Shown here: positions 36,176 to 45,721 of the stretch, one piece after another
Layout: every line of letters begins with the position of its first letter
Numbering within the stretch: position 1 is the stretch's first letter
NCBI GenBank assembly: GCA_048498815.1
Contig: JBEHXG010000002.1
Coordinates: 134,350 to 198,349, forward strand
Direction of reading: 5' to 3'
Length of the DNA stretch: 64,000 nt
Source of the DNA: Acidobacteriota bacterium
Lineage (GTDB): Bacteria; Acidobacteriota; Terriglobia; Bryobacterales; Bryobacteraceae
Position numbers and translations under genes: made by a program
The notes under the pieces: generated by a model
What the model saw: only the letters and a program-made list of their open reading frames with translations
Database searches by the model: none
What the model was told of the DNA's origin: nothing

Positions 36176-39034
36176 CTACCGTCGTGCGCCGCGGAAACTT
36201 TCCGGCGGTCCCAGATAACTGACCGCTCTCAGGGAAGCCGGTGTGTCGATCAGGACCCGCTCCAGGACGACGCCCGGATCCACCATCCAGACGCGGAGCG
36301 TATGATAACCGGGTTGAGAAACCTGGTGTTTACTGGTGACGTAACGGACACCATCACGCACAGATTGCTCCCAGTCCCGATTGCCATTGGAGGCGTTGTA
36401 GCCCTGGGGCACGATGATGAGCACCTGAGGCTTCTCGTCGTCCATCGAGACTGCGATTCGGACCGGGCGATCGGGCGCGAAATTCAACGCAGGGCCAAGA
36501 GTCAGGCGGACCTTCATTTCGCCAGGAGTAAAGAGATAGAAGCGGTAGTCGAGGTGAGGGCCTCCGGTGAGACTCTGAACGTCCGCGGGTCCGGCAGCGC
36601 GCATCCCGTACCGTTCCACTTGTTGGAAGGTTGCCTGGCCAGCGTCGGCTTTCGAAGTGAAGTGGGTCGCATCCATTGCGACGTAGCCGCCGGCTTCAGC
36701 AAAGCCGGTGAGATCGGTGCGAGTCACGTTGGATGGATTGCGGACGGTGAGTTGGATAGTCTCATCGCGGCCAGCGCCACTGATCTGCAGAGAACTCTGA
36801 GCCATACCAGCCGGGACCTTCAGCCAATCGATTGTGACCCAGATCCGGGTGTCCTCGCCGATATGGCCCTTTGTCTGGCTCAGCACGATCCACGGAGCGC
36901 TGGAGGTGGCCGTGAAATCAAAAGGTCGGCTGCCCTTGTTGAAAACATCGATGTAGCTGCGCTGGCGATTGAGTGAATCGAAAGCGGGCAGGGTGGATGA
37001 GCCTCCGTCGGTCGAGATTCCCAGCGAGGCCACATCGGGGACCGTGATCGAAGTGAGATGAATCGCGTCCAGACTATCTGTCGGTGGATCGCGCCAGGTC
37101 GTATATCCGATGTGAGGCTGATCCATGAAGTGTTCCCACCTGCCTTCGCCGAGAGCATCCCATCGTTTCCTCAGAGCGGCATCGGTCTCGAACAAAGCCT
37201 TTACCTTCGCGCCCCAGGAATTGGCGCTGGCTCGCCCCTGAGAAGCGTATAATGCGTTCTTTCCGGCGGCAATGTACAGCGCGTTCAGATTTGCCGACGC
37301 TTTCACGGGGAACAGAACCAGCTGGAAAAACGCATCGCGCTTCGCCGCCGGAATCTTCGCGTAGAGATCATCGGCTCGCGCCGCAAGTGCGGTGTAATCT
37401 TCGTCAACGCGCTCGGCTTCCCGATAGTTGACCAGACTGTATGTGCCGGGTTCCAGCAACTCGGGCTTGCGACGCGCATTGAAATTGGTATACGTTTCGA
37501 CAATCTCCGCGGCCTCTGTTGCGTATGACGCGCCGAATTCCCGCGCGGCCCACTCGCGGGTAAAATCGCTGATCCGATCGCCATGCCACTGGTCGGTGTT
37601 CCAGCCGAGACTGAGGAAGAACTCAGTTGGAAGCTCGTAACCCTTGAAGTGGCCGACATTAACGATCCAGATTCGGTCGGCGCCATACTGTTTGGCCAGC
37701 GACATCTGCTCCCAAACTTTATTGAGCGGGCTGGTGTTCAGCCACTGATAGCTTCGCGGGCCGCCGTGATAGTCAAAGTGATAGTAGATACCGGCGCCCC
37801 CGGAGCGCTTCCGTTCTTCGGCGGTCGGAAGGCGGCGAATATTGCCCCAGTTGTCTTCGGCCCACAGCAGAGTCACGTCGTCGGGCACGCGCAGGCCGCT
37901 TTCGTAATACTGCTGGACCTCTTTGTAAAGCGCCCATACCTGTGGCACTTTGGTCACGTCGGGATTCACCTCTTCGGCCAGCATCCTGCGCTGCGCGGCG
38001 ACAATCTTCTCCGTAAGCGCGACGCCCTCCTGCGAGGTGCGCACCATTGCGGAATCGTTCTCGCCTCGCAGACCGATGGTGTAGATGTTTTCAAAGTTCC
38101 TGCGCTCACGGATACCCTGTCGCCAGAAATCGTCGAGGGTAGTGGCCTGCGTGGCATAGTTCCAGTTGCCATTAGCGGCGCGCAGGTGCCAGTCCCACTC
38201 CTTCTGTGCGCGCATCATCGGTTCCTGGTGACTGGTGCCCATCACAATTCCGTATTCGTCGGCCAGTTTGGGAGTTGCGGGATCATCCTCGGCGAATGCG
38301 TTATTCCACATGGCGGGCCAGAGGTAGTTGCCTTTCATACGCAGGATGACTTCGAACACCTTCGCGTAGAATGCGCTGTTGAAGTTGGCGGCGGTGCCAC
38401 CGGGGACCGCGTGTTCTCCGAACTTCGCGCGCACCCAGAAATCGAGATCGGGCTTCTCGTCATTGAAGAAGATGCCTCGGTATTTGACGCTGGGCTCGCC
38501 CTGTTGAAACCTGCCCGCGCGAATGAAGAGGGCGTTCTTATGTTCCGGTGTGACATCTGCCCACCAGTACCAGGGGGAGACACCGATTTGTTCGGAAAGA
38601 TCGTAGATCCCGAAGATGGTTCCGCGCTTGTCACTGCCTGCGATCACGAGAGCCCTGTCGACTCCCGGCAGCGGGTTGGCGACTACCTGCAGCAGGAAGC
38701 CTTCCCACTTATTGCGGATGCCACTGACGTCGATCTTTCCGGCGCTGGCTAGCCCATCGATCAGCGGGCTCTTGCCCACAGTCCCGATGAGAACCATGGA
38801 ACGAGCGGTAGTGTCCCAGGATGGGGTAACGCCGGTTACGCGGTTTATGTCCGCCTGCAGATCATGTCCGGCCCTGATGACGCCGGGCCAGTCGGCAGAG
38901 TCAACCCGGATCGCCGCCGCCGCGCCTTTTTCCACCAGGGCGACGCCGCCCCGTTGCGGAGATGTTTCTACGTAGTGTGGACTGCCTAATGCCCAAAGGG
39001 TTCCCGCGGATAGCAAGCACAACAGGTAACGCAT
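36176..39034 (-). CDS. Glycoside hydrolase family 115 (alpha-glucuronidase-like), secreted
   Basis: Signal peptide MRYLLCLLSAGTLWA. The block LVIAGSDKRGTIFGIYDLSEQIGVSPWYWWADV and the ~950-aa length are what I remember for GH115. Confidence 0.7.
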   Translation of the reverse strand: MRYLLCLLSAGTLWALGSPHYVETSPQRGGVALVEKGAAAAIRVDSADWPGVIRAGHDLQADINRVTGVTPSWDTTARSMVLIGTVGKSPLIDGLASAGKIDVSGIRNKWEGFLLQVVANPLPGVDRALVIAGSDKRGTIFGIYDLSEQIGVSPWYWWADVTPEHKNALFIRAGRFQQGEPSVKYRGIFFNDEKPDLDFWVRAKFGEHAVPGGTAANFNSAFYAKVFEVILRMKGNYLWPAMWNNAFAEDDPATPKLADEYGIVMGTSHQEPMMRAQKEWDWHLRAANGNWNYATQATTLDDFWRQGIRERRNFENIYTIGLRGENDSAMVRTSQEGVALTEKIVAAQRRMLAEEVNPDVTKVPQVWALYKEVQQYYESGLRVPDDVTLLWAEDNWGNIRRLPTAEERKRSGGAGIYYHFDYHGGPRSYQWLNTSPLNKVWEQMSLAKQYGADRIWIVNVGHFKGYELPTEFFLSLGWNTDQWHGDRISDFTREWAAREFGASYATEAAEIVETYTNFNARRKPELLEPGTYSLVNYREAERVDEDYTALAARADDLYAKIPAAKRDAFFQLVLFPVKASANLNALYIAAGKNALYASQGRASANSWGAKVKALFETDAALRKRWDALGEGRWEHFMDQPHIGYTTWRDPPTDSLDAIHLTSITVPDVASLGISTDGGSSTLPAFDSLNRQRSYIDVFNKGSRPFDFTATSSAPWIVLSQTKGHIGEDTRIWVTIDWLKVPAGMAQSSLQISGAGRDETIQLTVRNPSNVTRTDLTGFAEAGGYVAMDATHFTSKADAGQATFQQVERYGMRAAGPADVQSLTGGPHLDYRFYLFTPGEMKVRLTLGPALNFAPDRPVRIAVSMDDEKPQVLIIVPQGYNASNGNRDWEQSVRDGVRYVTSKHQVSQPGYHTLRVWMVDPGVVLERVLIDTPASLRAVSYLGPPESFRGARR

Positions 39035-39065
39035 CCGGCATATAGTATGACACTACAACAATAGA

Positions 39066-41309
39066 TCAGGCGTCGTCTTCGGATGTGAGTTCCTGGCCGT
39101 GCGCAGAGTGCATCTCGTAATCGAGATCGAGGAACACCTCTTCGCGACGATCGGAATTGATCTCCTGCTTCAGGCGCCTCAATGCCACGCTCACCACATC
39201 GCGATGATGCAGGTTAGAGCCGAGGCGTGAGGACAACTCGAGCCAGAGTTCGTGGACGCGTTCCACATCTTCCGGCCAGAGCCGGGGCGGATGGGGGCCG
39301 AGATTAACGTACGTGCTGGGGCGGCCCGCCGCCAGCGCTTCGAGAGAAAGGGGCTGGCGAGGCTCGGGCTGGCGCTCCCAGGCCTGGCCAATTTTCATGG
39401 CGAGATCGCCAGGTTCCACTCCGGGCGAAACGCCGGTGACAAGGCGCGAAGCCTTGAGGCGTGTGGCGGTTTGCACGAGCGCGTCGTACGGCTGAATGCC
39501 TGGCACGACGAGCAGGTCTACGGTCTTGCCCTCTTTTTCCGCCATTGCTACCACTCGCGTGAATAGCTCGCGCTCGTAGGTATCGAAGAGCTGCTCGTTT
39601 CGCAGATCGTAACCTCCGGTGCCGGTGATGACGCGCACCGTTGCCACGACGATATCGTGTCGGCGCAGGTTGGTCTTGCGCAGGACGCTTTGCAGGTGCG
39701 TGAGTTGCGTATAGTCGCGGACGGCTACCAGCACGCAGCCAGGACGAGCGTGTACACTCTGCTCGGTGATTTCGCTCTGTGCGTCCAGATTGAAGGCTTC
39801 AAGGCCTTTCTTCTGCGGCGCTTTGGCTTCCTTCTTCCTGTTGATGTGCTCGGAAACGGTGAAGACAACAAAGAGCAACAGCGTGAAAGCAATGCCGTAG
39901 ATTGTTGCGACCTTCTTGGTCCCGAGGTTGGCGATGGCGACGAGAAAGAGCACCAGAGTGGTGGTAATGAGGCCCACCGGAATCTCGCGACCGCCGATTA
40001 CGATGTTTCCGGGATGCTTGTATTCCTGATCGTGGCGCTTGAAGCGCAGCACAAGCACGCCGAGGGAGTTGAGGAAGAAACTCCAGACCACGCCGAAGGC
40101 ATATGCTTCGCCCAGGATATAGAGGTCGCCGCGGCTGAAGAGAATCGTGGCTACCTGGAGGAGGGCAATCGAGTCAATCAACCGGTAAGTCGTGCCAAAC
40201 TTTTTGTGCGGTTTCCGGAACCATTCGACCAGCACGCGGTCTTCGGCCACGCGATTCAGAATACCGTTGGCGCCGATGAGCGACGTATTAACCGCGCCCG
40301 AAAGAATCAGCACGCCGACGGTCACCACAAACATGTGGAATGCGAGGCGCAACAGCTGCGGGCCGGCCAGATACATGGCGAGTCCGCCGAGCAGATTCTG
40401 CGAGTAGTCGCCCCGAACGTTGTCCGGAATGATGTAGCCTGCGAACACAGTAACAACGCCCGTGCAGACCACGGCGTAGATACAGACCGTGTTTGCCGTA
40501 AGCTTGAGGTTGCGCAGCTTGGGGTAACCGATTTCGCGATACACCTGCGCCAAAGTTTCGAAGCCGCTCATCGAAAGCAGCGAGTGACCGAACGCCATGA
40601 TGATGAGCGCGGCGGGGACCGTGACGAGCGATGTCCCCTTGAACCACCCCAGGCTCTCATCGTTGAGGTGGAGGTTCGCGAATGTCGGAGGCGGTGGAAT
40701 CTGGGCCGGGCCGTGCAGCAGCACCGTCAGCGGGCACCACACCACGAAGAGGCCGACCATCACGGTCGTTATCTGCATAATACGCAGCGCCTGGCCGCTC
40801 GATTCGTGAATGCCCTTGATATTGCTGCGCCAGAAATAAGCCGTTGCAATCAGGCCGAACCCGGCAGCGAAAGCATTGGGCGGAACGCGCAGACTGGAGT
40901 GCGTGATTTCAGCAATCTCGTTGAGCAGGCGCCCCAGATATTGGCCCGCGCTGACGCCGCTGATCGGACCCGTAAGAATGAAATCGAAAATGAGCGCGGA
41001 GACGGAAAGCCGCGCCATGAACGCGCCCATGGAATCGCGCACCACCACATAAACACCGCCGCGCACGAACATGCTGCAGCCTTCCATGTAGACGGAGCGC
41101 ACGGCGAAGCTGAACAGCATCACGCCGAGGATGAACCAGGGAGCGCTGCGACCGATTGCCTGCTCGGCGATGCCACCCGCGTAAAAAGCGGAAGAGGCGA
41201 GGTCGCTGAGAACGATCGCAGCGCCGCGCCAGAAGGAGATAAACGATAGAGCAACTGTGGTCGCAACGACTACGCGCGCGGTTTGAGTCGCCTGTTGATT
41301 GGTCTGCAT
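39066..41309 (-). CDS. APC-superfamily amino-acid/polyamine permease fused to a C-terminal universal-stress-protein-like cytoplasmic domain
   Basis: I take the start at ATG 41309 (MQTNQQATQ...). The listed 5' extension overlaps glnK. About 12 TM segments are followed by ...CVLVAVRDYTQLTHLQSVL...DIVVATVRV...VDLLVVPG..YDALVQTATRLKASRLVTG (Usp-like alpha/beta). Confidence 0.7.
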   Translation of the reverse strand: MQTNQQATQTARVVVATTVALSFISFWRGAAIVLSDLASSAFYAGGIAEQAIGRSAPWFILGVMLFSFAVRSVYMEGCSMFVRGGVYVVVRDSMGAFMARLSVSALIFDFILTGPISGVSAGQYLGRLLNEIAEITHSSLRVPPNAFAAGFGLIATAYFWRSNIKGIHESSGQALRIMQITTVMVGLFVVWCPLTVLLHGPAQIPPPPTFANLHLNDESLGWFKGTSLVTVPAALIIMAFGHSLLSMSGFETLAQVYREIGYPKLRNLKLTANTVCIYAVVCTGVVTVFAGYIIPDNVRGDYSQNLLGGLAMYLAGPQLLRLAFHMFVVTVGVLILSGAVNTSLIGANGILNRVAEDRVLVEWFRKPHKKFGTTYRLIDSIALLQVATILFSRGDLYILGEAYAFGVVWSFFLNSLGVLVLRFKRHDQEYKHPGNIVIGGREIPVGLITTTLVLFLVAIANLGTKKVATIYGIAFTLLLFVVFTVSEHINRKKEAKAPQKKGLEAFNLDAQSEITEQSVHARPGCVLVAVRDYTQLTHLQSVLRKTNLRRHDIVVATVRVITGTGGYDLRNEQLFDTYERELFTRVVAMAEKEGKTVDLLVVPGIQPYDALVQTATRLKASRLVTGVSPGVEPGDLAMKIGQAWERQPEPRQPLSLEALAAGRPSTYVNLGPHPPRLWPEDVERVHELWLELSSRLGSNLHHRDVVSVALRRLKQEINSDRREEVFLDLDYEMHSAHGQELTSEDDA

Positions 41310-41391
41310 TAAGCCCTTTTCACAACGCCAGACTACGGGGTGGCGCAAAATTGAGGGGGGCGAAGTCGCCCCCCTCTCCGAATTACTAATT

Positions 41392-41730
41392 CTAGAGTGC
41401 CGTCGCGCCCCGGTCTCCGTTACGGATCCGGATCGCCTCGTCGATCGTCGAGATGAAGATCTTTCCGTCGCCGATCTTGCCCGAGCGCGCCGCATCGATG
41501 ATGATGCCGGTAACCCGGTCAAGATCCGCATCGGCGAGGATCAGTTCGATCTTCACCTTGGGAAGCACGTCCACCTTGTATTCCGCGCCCCGGTAGACTT
41601 CCGTATGCCCCTTCTGGCGCCCGTAACCATGCACTTCGAAGATGGTCAGGCCGTCGATGCCCGCCCCCTTCAGCGCTTCTTTCACGGCATCGAGCTTATG
41701 CGGCTGAATGATCGCTTCGATTTTCTTCAT
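41392..41730 (-). CDS. glnK: Nitrogen regulatory protein P-II
   Basis: MKKIEAIIQPHKLDAVKEAL...GLTIFEVHGYGRQKGHTEVYRGAEY (T-loop with Tyr51) ...TGKIGDGKIFI. It lies immediately downstream of amtB. Confidence 0.92.
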   Translation of the reverse strand: MKKIEAIIQPHKLDAVKEALKGAGIDGLTIFEVHGYGRQKGHTEVYRGAEYKVDVLPKVKIELILADADLDRVTGIIIDAARSGKIGDGKIFISTIDEAIRIRNGDRGATAL

Positions 41731-41756
41731 GTTATTTTCTCCTCGTTATCGGTTGC

Positions 41757-43310
41757 CTAGCGGTCGCGGGAAATCTGCATGGCCGCCGGAGTGACCACGG
41801 AAGAAATCACATATTCAGGGTACGCCGAGATGCCGTGCTCGTGCAGATCCATGCCCTCGAGTTCGCCTTCCTTCGAAAGCCGGAGCAGACCGGCTGCGTT
41901 GATCGCGTACATCACGATGAGCGCTACGCCAAACGTCGCCAGGCAGGTGATGGCGCTGCCGATGAACTGCGCCGTCAGAAGTTGCGTGCCGCCGCCATAG
42001 AACAGACCCTTGAGCGGAGTGGAGTTGTCGGGACCGAAGTTGCCGGTGGCGCCGTACTCCCCTGAAGCGAACAGACCGAGCGAGAGCGTGCCCCAGACGC
42101 CGTTCAGGGCGTGCACCGGAACCGCGCCGATCGGATCGTCAATGCGGAGGTATTCGAGAAGTTCCACGCCAAAGTAGACGATCACGCCGGCGACTGCACC
42201 GAGAATGACGGAGCCGGTCGGGCTGACCCAGTAGCAGGGGCAGGTGATGGCGACGAGGCCGGCCAGGAAGCCGTTGGTGGTAAAGCTGACGTCCCACTTC
42301 TTGTTCGGAATGTAAGCCGCGATCATCGCGGTGATGCCGCCGGCGCAGGCTGCCAGTGTGGTGTTGGCGGCAACGCGGCCGATGCCGACGAAGTCCATTG
42401 CGGAGAGCGTGGAGCCGGGGTTGAAGCCGTACCAGCCGAACCACAGCAGCAGGCCGCCGGAAACGGCGATCGTCAGATCGTGCGGCAGCATAGGTCCGCC
42501 GCCATCGCGCTTGAACTTACGGCCGATGCGGGGGCCGAGAACAATGGCGCCAGCCAGAGCGATGAAGCCGCCGATGGAGTGCACAACGGTGGAGCCGGCG
42601 AAGTCATGGAAGTTCGTACCAACCCACGGCAGGAACGTGTCCTTGGAACCCATGGTGGCGAGGAAGCCATCCGGACCCCATGTCCAGTGGCCGATGATCG
42701 GATAGATGAAACCGGACACGCAGATCGAGTAGATGATGTCGCCGATCCACGCCGTGCGGCCGATCATGGCGCCGGAGGTGATGGTGGAGCAGGTATCGGC
42801 AAAGGCGAACTGGAAGATCCAGACGGCGAGGAATGCCACGCCGGTGCCTTCGTAAGTGGCGGGCGCTCCCTGCAGGAAGTACCAGTTGTTTCCGATGAAG
42901 CCATTGCCGTGGGCGAACATAAACGCGAAGCCGAAGGCATAGAAGAGAATGCCGCACATACAGGTATCGATCACGCACTCCATCAGCACATTGACCGTTT
43001 CGCGCGATCGGCAGAAGCCGGCTTCGAGCATCGTGAAACCAACCTGCATGCCGAATACGAGGAACGCCGCTACCAGCGTCCAGACCGTGTTAATGGGATT
43101 GACGATGTCATTGCCCTTGAGAACCGGGTCGGCGGCGAAGGCGCGGTGACCAAGAAGGTCGGGGTTGAAGAACGCCATGCCGACAAGCAGCAGGGCAATA
43201 GCTGTGAACTTTCCGGCAAGGAGCAGCCCGCCATACCTGCGCCATTCGGAATCGCGCAGGCGCGCCCGGAGTCGAGACATCTTTTGCGATAGAGACAACT
43301 TCGTATTCAT
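41757..43310 (-). CDS. amtB: Ammonium transporter
   Basis: Amt/Mep blocks are present: AAFLVFGMQVGFTMLEAGF, DFAGSTVVH and GFNPGS, followed by AVPVHALNGVWGTL. I prefer the ATG at 43310, preceded by AGGAG with an 8-nt spacer, over the TTG at 43340. Confidence 0.9.
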   Translation of the reverse strand: MNTKLSLSQKMSRLRARLRDSEWRRYGGLLLAGKFTAIALLLVGMAFFNPDLLGHRAFAADPVLKGNDIVNPINTVWTLVAAFLVFGMQVGFTMLEAGFCRSRETVNVLMECVIDTCMCGILFYAFGFAFMFAHGNGFIGNNWYFLQGAPATYEGTGVAFLAVWIFQFAFADTCSTITSGAMIGRTAWIGDIIYSICVSGFIYPIIGHWTWGPDGFLATMGSKDTFLPWVGTNFHDFAGSTVVHSIGGFIALAGAIVLGPRIGRKFKRDGGGPMLPHDLTIAVSGGLLLWFGWYGFNPGSTLSAMDFVGIGRVAANTTLAACAGGITAMIAAYIPNKKWDVSFTTNGFLAGLVAITCPCYWVSPTGSVILGAVAGVIVYFGVELLEYLRIDDPIGAVPVHALNGVWGTLSLGLFASGEYGATGNFGPDNSTPLKGLFYGGGTQLLTAQFIGSAITCLATFGVALIVMYAINAAGLLRLSKEGELEGMDLHEHGISAYPEYVISSVVTPAAMQISRDR

Positions 43311-43556
43311 AGGCCAATCTCCTGAAAGGTGGTTAGTCAACGTCGAATCCGGGACAGTTCGAGCAGCGATGCAAATGGTACCGGAAAGCTGAGTCTAGCG
43401 ACGATAAACCAACTGAGTCCAATCAATAATTTCAATTACCTTGAGAGATATTCCTTTGTAATATCGAAAGAAAGTGGCGCTTCGGCCTAAGAAAGCAAAG
43501 CGTCAATGTTTTTGGTTGTATACCGGAAAACCTGACGAAGGCGTTAAATTTATTAC

Positions 43557-43587
43557 ATATATCTTTTGATGCAATGTATATATCTTT
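43557..43587. promoter_or_regulatory. Direct repeat ATATATCTTT x2 spaced 21 bp in the AT-rich amtB / two-component divergent intergenic region
   Basis: ATATATCTTT occurs at 43557-43566 and 43578-43587, 60-90 nt upstream of the kinase start. The surrounding ~230 bp is the most AT-rich stretch in the window. Confidence 0.35.
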
Positions 43588-43647
43588 AGATAGGCATGGA
43601 AGCCCCTGACTTTGCGGAATCCGGGAGCATCGTTCTATCGTGAAAGT

Positions 43648-45078
43648 ATGATCCCCACGCTGCTGAGCGCGCGTCGCACACGGTTATTGCCGTTGGTTGC
43701 CGCGCTTGTGGGAGTCATTGCGGCTGCGGACTGGGCTGTGGGAAACCGGATGTCCCTCGGTGTGCTTTATGTGCTGCCAATGATGGTGGGCGGGGCGGCG
43801 CTGGGGCAGCTTCAGATCGTGGCGCTGGCGCTGGTGTGCTCGTCACTGCGGTCGACGTTCGATCTTCCCAGCCCGCCCATTGAGATGCTGCTGCGGTTTG
43901 TTTTCGCGCTGATTGCTTATTCTGTGTCCGGGCTAATGGTGGCCGGCCTCATACGAAACCGCCACGCTGCGCTCGAGCATCTGGAGCGGATCCGCCGGGA
44001 GCAGGAGTTGCGCCGGGAAGCGGAAGAACAATTGCGCACCCTGGCGGAAAGCAGTCCTGCGGCGATATTTACGGTCGGCGGCGATGGCGTGGTTCTCGCC
44101 GCGAACAATGCCGCGAATCAGATCTTCGGATTGAGCGGTAACGATTCGCTGCGTGGGCAGAACATCGCGCGCTATCTTCCGGTGCTGGGCGACGCTCTGC
44201 AGGTGGGAATCGCCATTGCGGGGTTGCGCACTTCCGCCCAGTCGCAGGCCTATCGCGCGGATGGCGAAATCTTTCTGGCGCACACGTGGTTTTCCTCGTA
44301 TCGGGCGGGTGAGCATAAGCGGCTGGCGGCCATTGTGGTGGATACGTCGGAGGAAATGCGCGAGCACGAAGAGGAATCGCTGCGACAGGCGATTCAGGGT
44401 AACCACATTGCGGCCGCTGCGATTTCGCATGAGGTGCGGAATCTGTGCAGTGCGATTTCCGTGGTGTCGGCCGGACTCCGCGAGAAACAGGGACTTGCGG
44501 AAGATGACGAGTTTCAGGCACTGGAATCGCTCGTGCGCGGATTGGAAGCCGTTTCATCGCTGGATCTTCAGGCGCGAACTCGCAGACATGAAACGGAGGA
44601 AGAAAACGAAGAGCCGGAAGAGATTTCATTGCAGTCGGTGCTGGACGATCTGCGCATCGTGATCGAGCCCGAGTGGCGCGAGATTGAAGGCGCGGTGCAG
44701 TGGAACAACACCGCTCCACTCCCGTCCGTGCTCGCCGATCGGCATGGGCTGCTGCAGGTATTCCTGAATCTGGCGAAAAACAGCCATCGCGCCGTGCGCA
44801 CCTGTGCCGTGCGCGAGCTTCGCGTGACGGTGGAAGCGGACGAGAGAAAAGCGCTGGTGCGTTTCCGCGATACCGGCTCTGGCATCGCTTCGCCCGGCCG
44901 CCTGTTTGAACCTTTTCAGCCGGGTGCGGACGGCAGTGGCCTGGGCCTGTATGTTTCGCGGGCCGTAGTGCGAGGATACGGCGGCGATCTGCGTTTCGAA
45001 CCCCAGGCCGGAGGCGGCTCCTGTTTTGCCGTAGAATTACAGGTTGTTCCTTCCGATGGAGGAAGCTATGGTGACTGA
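43648..45078 (+). CDS. Sensor histidine kinase (2 TM, PAS, HisKA, HATPase_c)
   Basis: H-box AISHEVRNLCSAI. N-box FLNLAKNSHRA. G-boxes DTGSGI and GSGLGLYVSRAVV. A PAS-like segment ESSPAAIFTVGGDGVVLAANNAANQIFG is present. The start may be the TTG at 43612 or the ATG at 43648. Confidence 0.85.
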   Translation: MIPTLLSARRTRLLPLVAALVGVIAAADWAVGNRMSLGVLYVLPMMVGGAALGQLQIVALALVCSSLRSTFDLPSPPIEMLLRFVFALIAYSVSGLMVAGLIRNRHAALEHLERIRREQELRREAEEQLRTLAESSPAAIFTVGGDGVVLAANNAANQIFGLSGNDSLRGQNIARYLPVLGDALQVGIAIAGLRTSAQSQAYRADGEIFLAHTWFSSYRAGEHKRLAAIVVDTSEEMREHEEESLRQAIQGNHIAAAAISHEVRNLCSAISVVSAGLREKQGLAEDDEFQALESLVRGLEAVSSLDLQARTRRHETEEENEEPEEISLQSVLDDLRIVIEPEWREIEGAVQWNNTAPLPSVLADRHGLLQVFLNLAKNSHRAVRTCAVRELRVTVEADERKALVRFRDTGSGIASPGRLFEPFQPGADGSGLGLYVSRAVVRGYGGDLRFEPQAGGGSCFAVELQVVPSDGGSYGD

Positions 45079-45712
45079 AGCAACGATCAAACTGCTGGTA
45101 GTGGACGACCACGCGATGTTCCGCGAGGGTCTGGTGCGCATGCTGGAGCGCGAACCGGAGTTTAGTGTAGTGGGGCAGGCGGGATCGGCCGCGGACGCGT
45201 TGAAAATGCTCTCATCCGCGCCTGCAATCGTGTTGCTGGATGTGGACCTGGGCACGGAGCGTGCAATTGATTTCGTGCTGGGCGCGCGCGAGCAGGGTTT
45301 TGAAGGTCACATCATGGCCGTGACTGCGGGCATGAGCGATGCTGAGGCAATCCAGCTCGTGCAGGCGGGCGTTACCGGTATCGTACACAAACATCACTCG
45401 ATGGAGAGTTTACGCGAGGCAATTTTGCGCGTCGCAAATGGCGAGGTGTCGCTGGAAAATGTCTATCTCGGGCCAGTGCTGCGCTCAATGGATCGCACAC
45501 GGAAGCCGAAACATCCTACGTTGACCCAGAGGGATCGCGCTGTGGTGGGGTTTGTTCTTCAGGGCTTATCGAACCGCGAGATTGCGGCGCGGCTGGCGAT
45601 TTCGGAAGGCGCGATTAAGGCTTCCCTGCGTCATGTGTGCGCAAAGCTGGGCGTACGAACGCGCAGTCAGTTGGTTAAGGTGGCGCTGGAACAGTATCGC
45701 GATCAGCTTTAG
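45068..45712 (+). CDS. Response regulator, NarL/FixJ (LuxR-type HTH) family
   Basis: ATG at 45068 is preceded by GGAGGAAGCT and overlaps the kinase stop by 11 nt. The receiver carries LLVVDDH...VLLDVDL. The LuxR HTH reads LTQRDRAVVGFVLQGLSNREIAARLAISEGAIKASLRHVCAKLGV. Confidence 0.88.
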   Translation: MVTEATIKLLVVDDHAMFREGLVRMLEREPEFSVVGQAGSAADALKMLSSAPAIVLLDVDLGTERAIDFVLGAREQGFEGHIMAVTAGMSDAEAIQLVQAGVTGIVHKHHSMESLREAILRVANGEVSLENVYLGPVLRSMDRTRKPKHPTLTQRDRAVVGFVLQGLSNREIAARLAISEGAIKASLRHVCAKLGVRTRSQLVKVALEQYRDQL

Positions 45713-45721
45713 CCGGCCTCT

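Noticed and set aside
39657-41249. Long antisense ORFs listed in the track: 39657..41249 (530 aa), 42111..43292 (393 aa), 37583..38752 (389 aa), 15586..16446 (286 aa), 60526..61365 (279 aa), 44069..45112 (347 aa), 47206..48234 (342 aa) and others.
   Set aside because: Each lies entirely antisense to a gene with strong family motifs (APC permease, amtB, GH115, pncB, leuB, histidine kinase, helicase). Their translations are Arg/Gly/His/Ala-rich with no motifs. This is the usual shadow-ORF effect in ~60% GC DNA.
43371-43382. A possible sigma54 -24/-12 promoter for amtB (minus-strand GGTACC-ATTTGCA).
   Set aside because: The GG and GC dinucleotides are separated by 8 nt rather than the required 10, so the element does not fit the TGGCAC-N5-TTGC geometry.
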